A stretch of DNA of 50,100 nucleotides, counting the filler, from Yuukianura sp. NJ FZ-2021 (lineage: Eukaryota), in the NCBI GenBank assembly GCA_046563655.1. It is 2 parts of 2 records of this genome, joined end to end, with 100 filler letters (N's around TTAATTAATTAA, not from the genome) between each part and the next. Parts side by side here need not be neighbours in the genome. Positions count along the whole stretch, not along the records: positions 1 to 25,000 come from JAJCTO010000019.1; 1 more part is not named here. The stretch is one strand, 5' to 3'. Below the pieces are notes generated by a model that worked only from the letters and a program-made list of their open reading frames with translations, searched no databases and had not been told where the DNA came from. Of this stretch, positions 11,565 through 23,436 are shown in pieces; the stretch's first letter is position 1; each line of letters starts with the position of its first letter. Position numbers and translations under genes: made by a program.

Positions 11565-13906
11565 ATGGAGTACGTATTCGAAGACAAGAGTGTTCAACTG
11601 AGCCCTGCGCCCTTTGACCTCCAGAATCAGCACAAGGAACTGTTCAGCATCGATGCTTTGGAGTTCCTTGCCAACTTTGTGTCACACTTTCTTCCAAGGA
11701 CAATCGAGGTAAAAACTTACGTAAATTGTTGGATTTAGTAAATTCATAAGTTCAAAATTTTTAATGCAGTTGCAACGTGCAAGGAGGGAGCGAAAACTGA
11801 ATTTGGACACGACGGGAAGTCTCCCTTCGTTCAAAAATGTGACCTCCGAGGTCATTACTGGGAACTGGAAAATTAGTCCTCTGCCACTCCGTTTGCAGAA
11901 CAGACAAGTTGACCTGGGCGATGTGTCTCCGTCGAATGAGAAGCTGTTCAAGGAGGCCATTTGCAGTGGAGCTCAAGGAGTCCAAGTGGACTTTGACGAC
12001 GGAGAGTGTCCGTCCTGGCCTAATATGATCAGAGGTCAGTATTGGTCATACGAATCTCAACAGTTTTGAACTTGGCAAACTCAAAAATTGCTTGGATTTT
12101 TAGGGCTCCATAACGTCATTTCGTTTATTCGCGGGAAGTTCGACTCATCTGACGTTCCCGATATCAAGTCGGCTCCGATTTTGATGCTCCGACCTCGCGC
12201 TTGGAATATGATTGAACACAATGTTCTGGTATGACGGACGGGTCGTTGGCATGTCAACAACATCCATCTTAATTCATTAATCAAGATCTTAATTTTTTAA
12301 TTTAATGATGAGGTTGTAAGCCACTTCTGCTCCCGTTAATCTCACATTGCCCCAGGAATTTATGACTTGATGCGAGATTAACGGGATAAATCCCTGGGGC
12401 AATTTGAGATTAACGGGGACAGAAGTGGCTTTTGCGTGCCTCATCACTTTGATTAGGAATGTCCAGGATTATTCTAGGTCAAAATACCTAGAGTTTATTG
12501 TTCAAACATGAATTAAAGTGTTCCATTTGAATTTAGGTGAATGGACGGGAGATTCCCGGTGCTTTGATGGACATTGGACTTTTGCTTTTCCACGGCGGGA
12601 GTCTTCTGGCTAAGGGGGAGGTGGGCCCTTACCTCTACCTGTCCAAGGTCGAGTGCTCCGCAGAGGCCAGACTCTGGAACGACATTTTTCTGTGGCTTCA
12701 GCTGAAGCTGAACATTCCGAGAGGAACCATCAGGGCGTGTGTATTGATCGAAAATATTTTGGCGGCATTTGAAATGGACGAAATCTTGTACGAACTTCGA
12801 GAGCACTCTTTGGGACTCAATTGCGGCATCTGGGACTACGCGGCTTCCATTGTCACGAAATTTGGTATAAAAGTGAACGTTCAGGTATGAAAATTTGACC
12901 ATGCGCAGTAAATGTATTTCTTAACAGGGGATAGACCTGACTTCCTGCTTCCCGATCGCAGCACCTACGTCAACATTCAAAATCCATTTTTACTGACTTA
13001 CATGCGGTTAGTTGTCAAAACTTGTCATAAACGCGGAGCTCCTGCCACTGGAGGGATGGCGGCACTTACGACATTCCGATGCACCACGGACGATGAGAAG
13101 TAAACTCGACTTTTGTAATTTGCGCACTTTAAAAATTTGTTAGGAAAATTATAGAAAAATACGATTTCAGAAATCAAGTGTGCGACTTGGTCTGTAAGGC
13201 GAAACTGCGCGAAATCCAGGAAGGCGTTGACGGATTCCTAATCTACGATCCACTTCTGCTTCCCAAGGTCAACGAACTCTGGGCCAAGGTTGGGACCAAC
13301 CAAATCAACACAGTGACACATGACGGCTTAATTGTTGAGGCCAAGGACTTACTCAATGTAAACGACTAAGGATTTTGTAAATTAAAAAAGTTTGTGACTC
13401 CTGCGCAGACAGCAAAACACTAAGTACTTTGATTCTGCGTAGATCCCGGGCGGAGAAGTGACGACTGCCGGAGTATTGAGGAACATCAAAGTGGGCGTTC
13501 TATTCATTTATTCCTGGCTAGGGAATGGCAGGGGTCACTTTGAGCTGGACGGTGGCATTGAGGATTCAGCTACTGCTGAAATATCGCGGTCACAAGTTTG
13601 GCAGTACATTTTTCATCAGGTTACTTACCAAATTCAAGTAATTGATATTTTGTGTTAATTAATTACTAACTTAATGAATCTTTAGACGAAGTTATCCGAT
13701 GGCTTGAAGGAGAAAATTACAAAAGGCTGGGTGGAATCGGCGACATCCAAAATCGTCGCGAGTGTCGACGCTAAAAGTACGACACAAAAATTCTTCAAGA
13801 CTCTGCTCAAATATTTCTGGAAATTGTTACGGCATCGGATTTTCCGGAGTTCATAACCACGTACCTCTACAACCATTCGTTCTTTCGATCTATTCACAAA
13901 ACTTAA
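11565..13906 (+). CDS. Malate synthase (MSA family, animal type); exons 11565-11708, 11770-12034, 12104-12228, 12537-12864, 12928-13099, 13171-13357, 13443-13619, 13686-13906; apparent 1-nt frameshift at about 13773-13790
   Basis: Motifs VDFDDG, LMLRPRAW (catalytic Arg), PYLYLSKVE, VLIENI, GLNCGIWDY, ATGGMAA, IEDSATAEISRSQVWQY (catalytic Asp) and C-terminal FPEFITTYLY. Seven GT-AG introns. Confidence 0.92.
12306..12446. repeat. Fold-back hairpin or small MITE in malate synthase intron 3
   Basis: About 46-bp arms AAGCCACTTCTG...CCCCAGGAATTTAT (12318-12363) and ATAAATCCCTGGGG...CAGAAGTGGCTT (12386-12431), with outer TGATGAGG/CCTCATCA. Confidence 0.75.
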
Positions 13907-14256
13907 CCTTTGGCCTTGGCCATTGAATAATAATGGGTCATAAATTTGTCATTTTCGATCCTTATTTCAATTTGTATTGATTGGAAATAAAACCGGGCAT
14001 TTTAAACATTCTTAATGGGAGAATTCTCCCCCCATAGGGTTTACACATGGCTTCCCTTCCAGAACTCAGCTGTTGTGTAAAAGAAAACAATAGACTTTTA
14101 GGTATTAAAACCTTCACCTTTCACCTTCCTGTTTTTACACCTTTGTAGTAAGTAATCGCAAGTGTTTTAGTTGATTACTATTCAAATTAGGAGTAATAAT
14201 GAGTAATGTATTTAATCCAAAATTTATTTTTTGAAATCATTTAGGAAAAGGGATGA

Positions 14257-17054
14257 ATGTCTCGTCCAACGAAGAAACCTCGACTCAGAATCACTTTAAC
14301 TGTCTTCATCTTGGTGTCGCTTTCAATAATCGGTTTAGGGTTCATCAGACTTCGTTACAATGGAGGACATCACATTGCAGAGTCAGAAGAAAGGGCAGAC
14401 TCTCTGGCAGTCGATTCAGGGTGGGATTATATGACTCACGCTACATCTTACCTCACGGTACATGATGTCCAAGCGATGGACAGACAGCGTGAAACCAAGA
14501 CTGTTGAAGGTATCTCGGATTATGCTTCGTGTCAAATGGAAACGTGCTTCAATTTCAATCGATGTCGAGACAACTTCAAAGTGTACGTATATCCGATTGA
14601 AGCAGCAGTGCCCATGAGCCCTACTTACGAAAAGATACTCGGACTCATTACATCTTCACCATATCATACGAAGGATCCTAACCAAGCATGTCTCTTCATA
14701 CTCTCGACGGACACCTTGGATCGGGACGAACTCTCTGGAGACTTTGTACGAAATGTACCCATCCGGCTTTTGAAGACTGAGGTAAGTTCCTCTGATTTAA
14801 CTTAACAGCGACAACGTTGTAAATTCGTTTTTTTTAATTTTGTAAGTTCTGGAACGAAGGAGAGAATCACATAATCTTCAACCTGTACGCCGGAACTTGG
14901 CCTCTCTACAATGAAACCCAACTGGGTTTTGATGTTGGCAAAGCGATTTTGGCGAAAGCTTCCATGTCGGTGGATCATTTCCGACCGAACTTTGACATTT
15001 CGCTCCCTCTTTTCCATGCGACACATGCAGAGAAAGGCGAGGAAGGTGGTCTTGGTCTTTCGAATGAATTTCCAGCTTACCGGCAGCATCTCATCAGTTT
15101 CAAAGGTACATTTACAGCAGAAGGCATTTGCGTTTGCCATAGATGATCTAATTTTCAATTTCAGGGAAGAGATACGTCTACGGAATTGGTTCCGAAACTC
15201 GGAACTCCGTATACCACCTTCATAATCGAAAAGATGTAGTGATGGTCACCACATGTAAACACGGAAAGAACTGGAAGGAGATGAAGGACGATAGATGTGA
15301 TCTGGACAATTTGGAATACGAAAAGTACGAACCACTTAAAACTTAATAATTCTGGTTTGGAGCGAAAATTTAATTCCCTTACCTCCCTCAGATACGACTA
15401 TGAGACGTTGTTGCTTAACTCAACATTTTGCCTGGTCCCTCGTGGTCGCCGTCTCGGTTCTTTTCGGTTCCTAGAAGCCTTGAGAGCTGGTTGTATTCCG
15501 GTACTTGTGTCTAATGGATGGATTTTGCCTTTTTCCGAAGTAATTGACTGGAAGGAGGCTACTGTAATGGGAGATGAGAGAACGCTTCTGCAGACCCTGG
15601 AGCTGCTGCGTTCCTTTCAACCAAAAGACATCTTTGCACTGAAGCAAGCCACACAAGTCATTTGGAACCAATACCTCGCATCTATCCAGAAAATTATTTT
15701 CACGACATTCGAGGTAATAAGAACATATCGGCACCTTCGTCATGTTGTGTATAGTTGTTACAAATTTTGTGATTAAAGTTTCATTTTCGTATTTTCACTT
15801 TAGATTCTGCGTGACAGAATTGAGCGACAGACATGGCGGGAAAAGGATATTTGGAACAGTGCACCAGGAGCATTGAGTTTTGACCTTGACTATGCCGATG
15901 ACGTATCTCGGTTCCCCTTCCACCACGATAGAAGAATGGGACAAGACCTGCTGCCCAACTTCACCGCAATTTTATACGTTGACGCTCCACAGAAGTCAAA
16001 CGCCGTACTATTCAAGCAGGTTCGCAACGCAGCCAGGAGCAAGCACATTGGAAAGGTATAGTTTTTCGTTTTTTAGCAATACCATTTTTGGGTTAATGGG
16101 AATTCACCTGATTCCGTGCAGATTTTAGTAATTTGGGAAAGTGTACGAGGCATTCCAAAAGTCTGGCCAGATGTGTCAGTGCCTCTTACAATTAAGAGAA
16201 GTTCCACCAAATCAGCGTCTCAGCGATTTGTCACTCGAGATGAAGTGGAGACGGATGCGGTATGTTATTGTATAAATACAACAGTGATTGTGGAAATGTC
16301 GAAATGTGTAGCTTAAAGGCTTTTCAATCTTATTAGGTTCTGTGGATGGATGAAAAGGAAGTTATTTCTACGGATGAAATTGACTTTGCTTACTCTGTCT
16401 GGAGATCTTTTCCAGACAGAATTGTGGGTTACTCCACCAGATCTCACTTTTGGGATGAATCCAAGGTGAAGACGAGAATAATTTAATTGTGAAATTCTGC
16501 TCAACAGCTTTCCGCCATTCCATCGTAGCAATAATACCGAATTGTTTCAATTTAGAACGCTTGGGAATACAGCAGCAAATGGACAAACGAATTCAGTTGG
16601 GTCGTGGGCAGTGGTATGATGTATCATGTCTACTATAATCATTTGTACTGGACTCAGACACCACCCGAGGCTCAAGAAATTGTGGACAGCTTCCCATCTT
16701 GCCAAGATATTCTCATCAACATCATTGCTCTACGCATGACACGGAAACCACCAATTAAACTCACTTGGAAACAAATGTCCGAACATTCAAAGTGAGTGGT
16801 GAAATCACATTTACATATCCTGCTATTTTTAAATATGAAAACGATTAATTGTAATTGTTAGGAAACGTCCAGAGGACAACGAGGGAGCAGAACTGTTCGG
16901 CCAGCGGCAAACATGTCTGCGGGAGTTGCTGGATGTGTTTGGGAGGATTCCAGACAGAAAGTCCGCCATTCGACTGGATCCGATTCTATTCCGAGACCCT
17001 GTGTCCAATCTACGGAAAAAGTACAAACAGTTGGAGGTAGCAGCTATTAGATAG
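14257..17054 (+). CDS. EXT1: Exostosin-1 / tout-velu heparan sulfate polymerase subunit, about 737 aa; exons 14257-14781, 14847-15105, 15165-15324, 15392-15713, 15804-16055, 16122-16259, 16337-16465, 16556-16791, 16862-17054
   Basis: Type II TM anchor, then [83 protein letters not shown] and [18 protein letters not shown], all characteristic of EXT1. Confidence 0.95.
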
Positions 17055-17660
17055 ATTTGGAAGGCTTATTAAAACTTTTTGTCTGTTAAAATTCACGCGT
17101 ACGAAGTATTTGCAGCAGCACGAAGAAAGGATTCCATTCCATCGCAAAATATATAGCACCAAGGTTTTTTCCGGTTTCAAAATTTACAAATTATTAAATC
17201 ATTTTTCGCATCACAAATTCAACTTTTACACGAGAGGTTTTACGATGCAACAAGAGTATTTTTGTTGGGGGGACGCAGGAGGAGGCGGATAAACTATACG
17301 CAGAATGATTAATACGAAAAATGAATGAATTTTTTTTTTGATTTGGAAATTTTGAAAATGTCGGTTACATTGAGAAATTAAAATCATATACTTTGCAAGC
17401 ATTACGATTTCAATCATCGTGGTGTTTGTAGAATGTAGTTACCAACAACTCACAATCCCAACTGACAGTACTTTCGCTGAAAATATGCCGTTGCAACAAA
17501 TATAAATGTGAAATCGAAATGCAAAAAGTTTATTCTAAGGTTCTAACTCTTCTAATTTGATTCTACTTCTACAACTTAAGTTTAGTGAAACAGCTTGAAA
17601 AGTTACTGTGACTTGCTACTGTGAAAAAATCGATTACTGAGAAAATATTTGTTGTACGAT

Positions 17661-19169
17661 TTAGTTTTGTTGATCTTGTGGATCGACGCTGTACTTGTTG
17701 TCGCCGAAAAGTGAATCCTGTGACATCGGTGGCAAGGAGTGGCCCATCGCTGGGTCGAGAAAGATGCTTTGGAGACTGTCTGGATTCAGAAAGGAATTGA
17801 GGTTAAGGATCATGCCTTCCCCCACCTCCACGCCATCAACAATTGTTCCGTCTTCAAACATGCACACTATTGAGACACAAAGAACAGATTATGATTTTAG
17901 TATACTTTACGTTACGCTCTAGCCTTTGGAAAATGAACTTTGAAGTTCGAAATGAACAAAGTGGCTTTACTGTTTGTCTCGGATGTATCCAAGGACAGGA
18001 TACGATTTGTAGATGCAGAATCGACGAATGATTGCATTCCTTCGAAGTGAAGCTCTATTTCTTCGCAATTCAACATTCCGAGTTCACTCGGGCCATGCAC
18101 TGCTCAGCAAAAGAGAAAAAAAAGTGCAAATCACTTCACAAATAAAAGTTTCATCTTCGTTTTTGAATTATGGTCCACTTACAGCAGGATTCAGGCTCGA
18201 GGTGCGGCATGTCGTTGACTAAAGTGAGTGAAGGTTGCGGAATGTCATGCTTAGTTTCCATTTCTGCTTTTTCAGTGAGTCCGCTACAAGCGCGAGTGTA
18301 ATCTCCAAGAATACTGGCAACTGCAAAGTCGGTTTCTGTCTTCAGCTTCGTCATGTCAATCGCTGCCGGTGCAGCAGGCTCCACTTTGTCTTGCTCTACA
18401 GTTTTGGGAACTAGGCCGCTTCCCGAACGTCGTCTCTTTATAAAATAAAACGCAAAGAATAACCTTACAGCAAACAACAAAGTTCCTAACTAGTTAACTC
18501 ACGTTGAGTCTGATCTCCTTGCAATCCTCTGCAATAGTCCATACATGTCCAGCTCCATGCTTTGACTTTGCACCTTTGTGGAAGTAAGGACTGATGCTAA
18601 GATTGTGACGAACGGAATTTTTCCAGCGATCGTCGTTTGGTTGATAGTATCCATATCGGGTCCTGATTGGAAAATACAATTTCAAATCGAGAAATGGATT
18701 TTTTTTTGCTTATAAAACAAACTATAATCGTTAACGTTTTTTCTTACGAAATATAGTCGTAGATTTCCGACACAGTTAGGCCATTTGGGTTTTCCTCCAG
18801 TGCAGTAGTGATGATTTCCGTGTAAGTATTATTGGGCTTCTCTCCGTTGAGGTTTCCCCTGCGTTTCCGATGTTTCTCTGTTTCTTCCGTACGATCGGAC
18901 GCTACTCCAGTTTCTATTTGATCCTTCATGTCCATTTCGATTCCTTCGGCCGAAACACACTCGTAATTTGCCACATCGTCCAAACCAAAGACAGGTTCCA
19001 GAACTGGTGGGGCCGAATTGGAGTCATCGGCGGTCGTGGTGGCAGTTTCGTCAGACCCCATTATTGGTGGGGCAGGTCCACCTGGTGGAAACAAATTCTC
19101 AACTGAGAAGGAAAGGAGCCAGTGAAAGTCAGAGGGAGGCCCACTTTCCAGCGTCCGTGTTCCACCCAT
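17661..19169 (-). CDS. Forkhead (Fox) transcription factor; exons 19169-18748, 18662-18503, 18435-18183, 18099-17971, 17866-17661; possible further 5' exons near 19437-19730 and 20156-20192
   Basis: Spliced forkhead domain KPNNTYTEIITTALEENPNGLTVSEIYDYIS|TRYGYYQPNDDRWKNSVRHNLSISPYFHK...GAGHVWTI. Downstream exons keep frame. The 5' structure and subfamily are unresolved. Confidence 0.85.
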
Positions 19170-20981
19170 TCCACCCTCCTTTCACTACGGAAACGTAAAA
19201 CCAGTGCCTATTACAGATAATACTTCCGAAGGAAAGGAGGGGTCAGGTCCATTAATGAATCAATTTTCCAAACGTGCGAGTTCCAGAGTCATTCAGAGAT
19301 TTACGCTAGAAAAGCTAATTAGGAACCAAAATTCTACTAACTCGCGCATTTAGAAAAATCAAATCATGAGGAACCACAGGATTTGGATCGGAATTCGGAA
19401 AGATGTCCACTAAAAGCAAACGGAACAGTAACTCACCCTTTTGCCTGTTTTGCCTCGTGTTTCTCGGTTTTCTTCCTCCTCTTCCTGCGTTTCCCTTGAC
19501 CTTTCGCTTATTTGAACTCTTGTCCTCCAACGCTGCGTCTTGAACGCTTTCAGTGGCTGGAGGCGGGGGCAATGGCTTCGTACCGACAGCAAAGAAAGTG
19601 AGTGACTTGAGTTTCCGAATTGTATTTGAAATCTGCTCCCCCCAAACGACCCCTTGTGCAGTGTCCACTTCATCAGACCAGACCACGTCCTTCTGCTCGT
19701 CCGGGCGTCTTGAGGCTGGAAGAAGAGACACTGGAGTAAGAACATTGAAACAAGAAAGTCAATTTTCAGTCCAATGAGGTACCAGGCACAAAAGAGGGGG
19801 AAACAAAAGGGCGATTAGTCGTAGCAGGCACTGGACTCCACTACTGTCATTTCCCTCACCTTCATTTCCAATCAAAAGACACGAGATGAATCACGGTTTA
19901 TATTCAGATTGGATTGGAGAGAGAGACAAACAGAAACAGAGGTTGATCAGTTGGTTTTAAGCATGAACGTTAGTCATCGTTAGTCTCTGCTTCAATAAGT
20001 AATAAAAATGTAGAACAAATTTACAGTTCATTTTTATGAAACGTGTGGCTTTAAATCTTAACAGTACAACTGCATAAACCAATGTCAGTGTCGCTTAACC
20101 GCAGTAATTCGGTAGAACATTACAACCATTGTAAATGAATGTAGAGAGAACTTACGTTCTTCCTGCTTTTCGCTCATGATACTGGTGTCCATTCCGTAAC
20201 CTTTGACCTTGTATGTAAACGCCAGTAAGAAGACTATAATTATTGACTGCTTCTTAACAAGTAGTTGGTCTCTTGAGTAGGACGGTTATGTCGATGTACT
20301 GCACACACTTCCGTCCAACTTTCTTTGTTCCCCATGTCGAATGAAAGAGCAAATGAGCATGTCTCGTCTCAGCCACAACACGGTTGACGAGGGCTTTATT
20401 GTAAGTCCTTGTAGCCAGCCATCCCCTACATTCAACCTTCGCGGCGGAATACCCTCTTACCGTGGAGGAGCGACACCTTCTTGTACCCCAACAGTTAAAT
20501 TTTCGAACTTCGCTGTTTGGATTTTAGATTTTTTTGAAAAATGCTGAAATTTCCTTGTGGGTCAGGGCGGCACACGCACAACACAACTCTAACTTGGAGC
20601 ACTATCCCAAAAGCCTACTTCCACGCAGAATACAGCACGACAAACGCAAAGCACCGTGTCTAATCCTCAGATTTCGCACAAAACTCGGAAGCAGACCTCG
20701 GCTTTCACTTCTTTCACTTCACAATTTAGCTATTCCATGTTCTGTTTTTCATTCGCTCGTGTAACTTTCTTTATGCTAATAGTTAACAATCGTAAGAAGA
20801 TGAGTTGGAAGTTGGATTCTCGCCATTCAATACAATTAAAAAAAAGAAAACTCCTAACTTATCAAAATTTGGTATAATTACACTATCGTGGGCAAGCACC
20901 GATTTTTTTAAATTTTTTTTTGTAAACACTCTATGGACCCCTGATCACGAAAACACAATTTTTTTTGAGGGGTCTCAAAAA

Positions 20982-21543
20982 AAAAATATTTTTTCGAAAT
21001 TTTGAAAATAAAAATTTCGAATTTTTTTTTGGCTCCGATTTGGCTGAAAATTGGTTTTCAGACTAATTCGAGTATGCTAAACACGAATCTGAAAGAATTT
21101 TTGTTCTAAAAAGTAAGACAAAAAAGTTACGCATTTTTTAAGCGATTCCTTCTACGAAGTTAGATAGGTTAAGTGGCAGAGGTAGGTTAGGTTCAAGCTT
21201 GCAGCCATATTTACTCTTTAATTCTAGTTAGATCAACTTGTATTTTCCCGCGCCGAAGGCGCGGTGTTAGGTTTGGTTAGATTCGCAATAATGATGACTA
21301 ATTTTAGTTCCAAGTTTTATGGTATCTTCGATGCCCTTACGCAAACCTTAGGTTAATCTGACGTTTCTCATAGTACGATTCCTTTAAAAATTCTGTAACT
21401 TCTTTGTCTTACCTTTTAAACCAAAAATTCTTTGATATTCGTGTTTAGCCCCCTTGAATTAGTCTAAAAACCAATTTTGATCCAAATCGGACACAAAAAA
21501 AAATTTCGAATTTTTTTTTTCAAAATTTCGAAAAAATATTTTT
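20982..21543. mobile_element. Non-autonomous fold-back element with about 160-bp imperfect terminal inverted repeats
   Basis: 20982-21142 is the approximate reverse complement of 21383-21543 (e.g. TCCGATTTGG/CCAAATCGGA, GCTAAACACGAAT/ATTCGTGTTTAGC). Internal GGTTAGGT motifs and a CGCGCCGAAGGCGCG hairpin. Confidence 0.75.
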
Positions 21544-21984
21544 CTTAACAGTAACGCTCGACACTGATGAGACATTGGCAGTCAGAAACCGTTGGCTTAG
21601 GGATCTGGAGGGGGAAAGTAGTATTACAAAGTGTATTCTACGTTGTTCCTTTTTCCTTTGTCAATGCTACTTTTAAGGGCCAAAAGTGAAGGGGAGAGCA
21701 TCCAATGGCTCCCCAGTAGTCCACATTGTAGAACACCGCTCATCTTTCTCCATGGCCCAATGTCAATTCGACACCAACCCTGATCCACACTCGGGAAGCC
21801 AGTTTACACACAACCCACAATCCCCTCAAATTCACATACACGCCGACTTTATCTAAACAACAAGCCCCATAGTTAACTTTTCTACCCCGCCCTTCACTGA
21901 CACCCCCCACTCCACAAAGTTGGAGGAGGGATAATTTATTAGTGGTGAGGGGAAGGGGGTAATGCAATTGTCTTTGTAAGGGTT

Positions 21985-22160
21985 AAGGGGGTAGTTAATT
22001 ACTCGGGTGGGGGGGGGGTTAGTTTAGTCAGGGGGGGATATTGTGGGGGTTAGTTAATTAGTCGAGGGGTGGGGGTTAGTTAATTAGTCCGGGGGGGTTA
22101 GTTAATTAGTCGGGGGGGGGGGTTAGTTAATTAGTCGGGGGGGGTTAGTTAATTAGTCCT
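21985..22160 (+). repeat. G-rich minisatellite, unit about G6-11 TTAGTTAATTAGTC
   Basis: About 7 copies of variable G runs followed by TTAGTTAATTAGTC or close variants. Confidence 0.8.
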
Positions 22161-22195
22161 AATTATTTTTTATTTAGTATTTATTTATTAATTAG

Positions 22196-23128
22196 TTTTA
22201 GTCTTCTGGAGACGCACGTCTACGACGTGCTGAAGAAGACTATTGATACGACTTTTCTGTCTGTCCGTGTGTCCTGTTTTTTAGTACCCTTTCCGCTGAA
22301 ACATTAGCCCCATCGCAGTCGGGGGGTTATGTATGGCTCAAGTATTTTCACTAGCTCTACATTGCACTCAAAGTCGTACATTAACAACGTCAAAGTATGC
22401 GGCTGAATCGCGTTGCTGTTTCTTTAGTCCTCAAAATTGTTGTGTTAGGTCTGCATTATACTCAAAATATTTTTTAACAACGAAGTTTTGATCTGCTCAT
22501 TTTCCGACAATATGTTAATTTACGTTGTTAAGTTGGGACTTATTAGAGGGCAGAAAATACGGCTTAAATGTGTAATATGTGAACAAAGCTTGACAGGTTC
22601 AAATTTGCGTTCACAAGAAATTTTGATTTTAAATAGCGATATTCGACCCTATAACTTATGCACTTAATAACACATGGTGCATTTATTTGAACCGATTTTG
22701 ACTAAAAAGAACGATATTTGACACCCTTTCTTCAACGTTCAATTTTGTGCATGTTGCACATGTATTGCACATCAATGTAAAATTGTGCAGTTTTTTTGAC
22801 GCTGGATAATGTACGTTGTGATGTCAAAATCTGTGCATATTTGGGAACAAGTGTGCAGCAAAATAATTTTGAAGTGAGTGAAAACTGTTCAAAGTTGAAC
22901 AACATTTTGATGCAAACGGTTTTTTAACATTTTGGAGTAATTGTGCACAAAAGGCCCCACATCTGCACTGAAAATTATGAGCGATGTTTTGTTGCATAAT
23001 CTAGTAAAAACGGTTTCTTAACGTTTCTCTTCGACGGGTTTTGCGGACAGCCGGTCTAAAAGCCGTATCAATTGTCCACTACCTCCAGAAGACCTATGCT
23101 CAACCCTTGAGCATCGCCCTACCTTGTT
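22196..23128 (+). mobile_element. DINE-1/Helentron-associated (HINE-like) non-autonomous element
   Basis: Sub-terminal IRs GTCTTCTGGAG (22201) / CTCCAGAAGAC (23083), a 5' partial IR (AGAAGACTA), a CTGTCTGTCCGT microsatellite, a 3' hairpin ATGCTCAA-CCC-TTGAGCAT, a CTTGTT end and T-rich flanks. Confidence 0.65.
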
Positions 23129-23436
23129 TTTTAATTACCCAAACCTAACATTAGGCCAATGCTAAAACCCTACCTGTCAATCATTATTTTGATTGACATT
23201 TTGGGCTATTCCTACACATTGTACCTACTGTTTATAAAATAATTGATGTTTTGTTAAATGTATTATTGGCTTTAATAATTTATCTTTATTTTCAGGAGGG
23301 CCTGGTACGTCCTCACTGTTCGGACTTTTCGTGGAGATTGGTCCATTCAGTGTCACTAAAAATTTGAGGTTGACCAGACGCCGTTACTCATCCCACATAG
23401 CCAGCATAATTTGGGAGAGTTTTGGGAAATATAGTA

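Noticed and set aside
12305..12460. Intronic C/D-box snoRNA (ATGATGA at 12305)
   Set aside because: No CTGA D box at a suitable position, and the motif is part of the inverted repeat.
11565..13906. Bacterial contamination or recent HGT for malate synthase
   Set aside because: Seven spliceosomal introns, flanking animal genes and animal-type motifs (RPRAWN, LNCGIWDY).
21160..22160. Telomeric TTAGG repeats
   Set aside because: Only scattered GGTTAG words, with no tandem (TTAGG)n.
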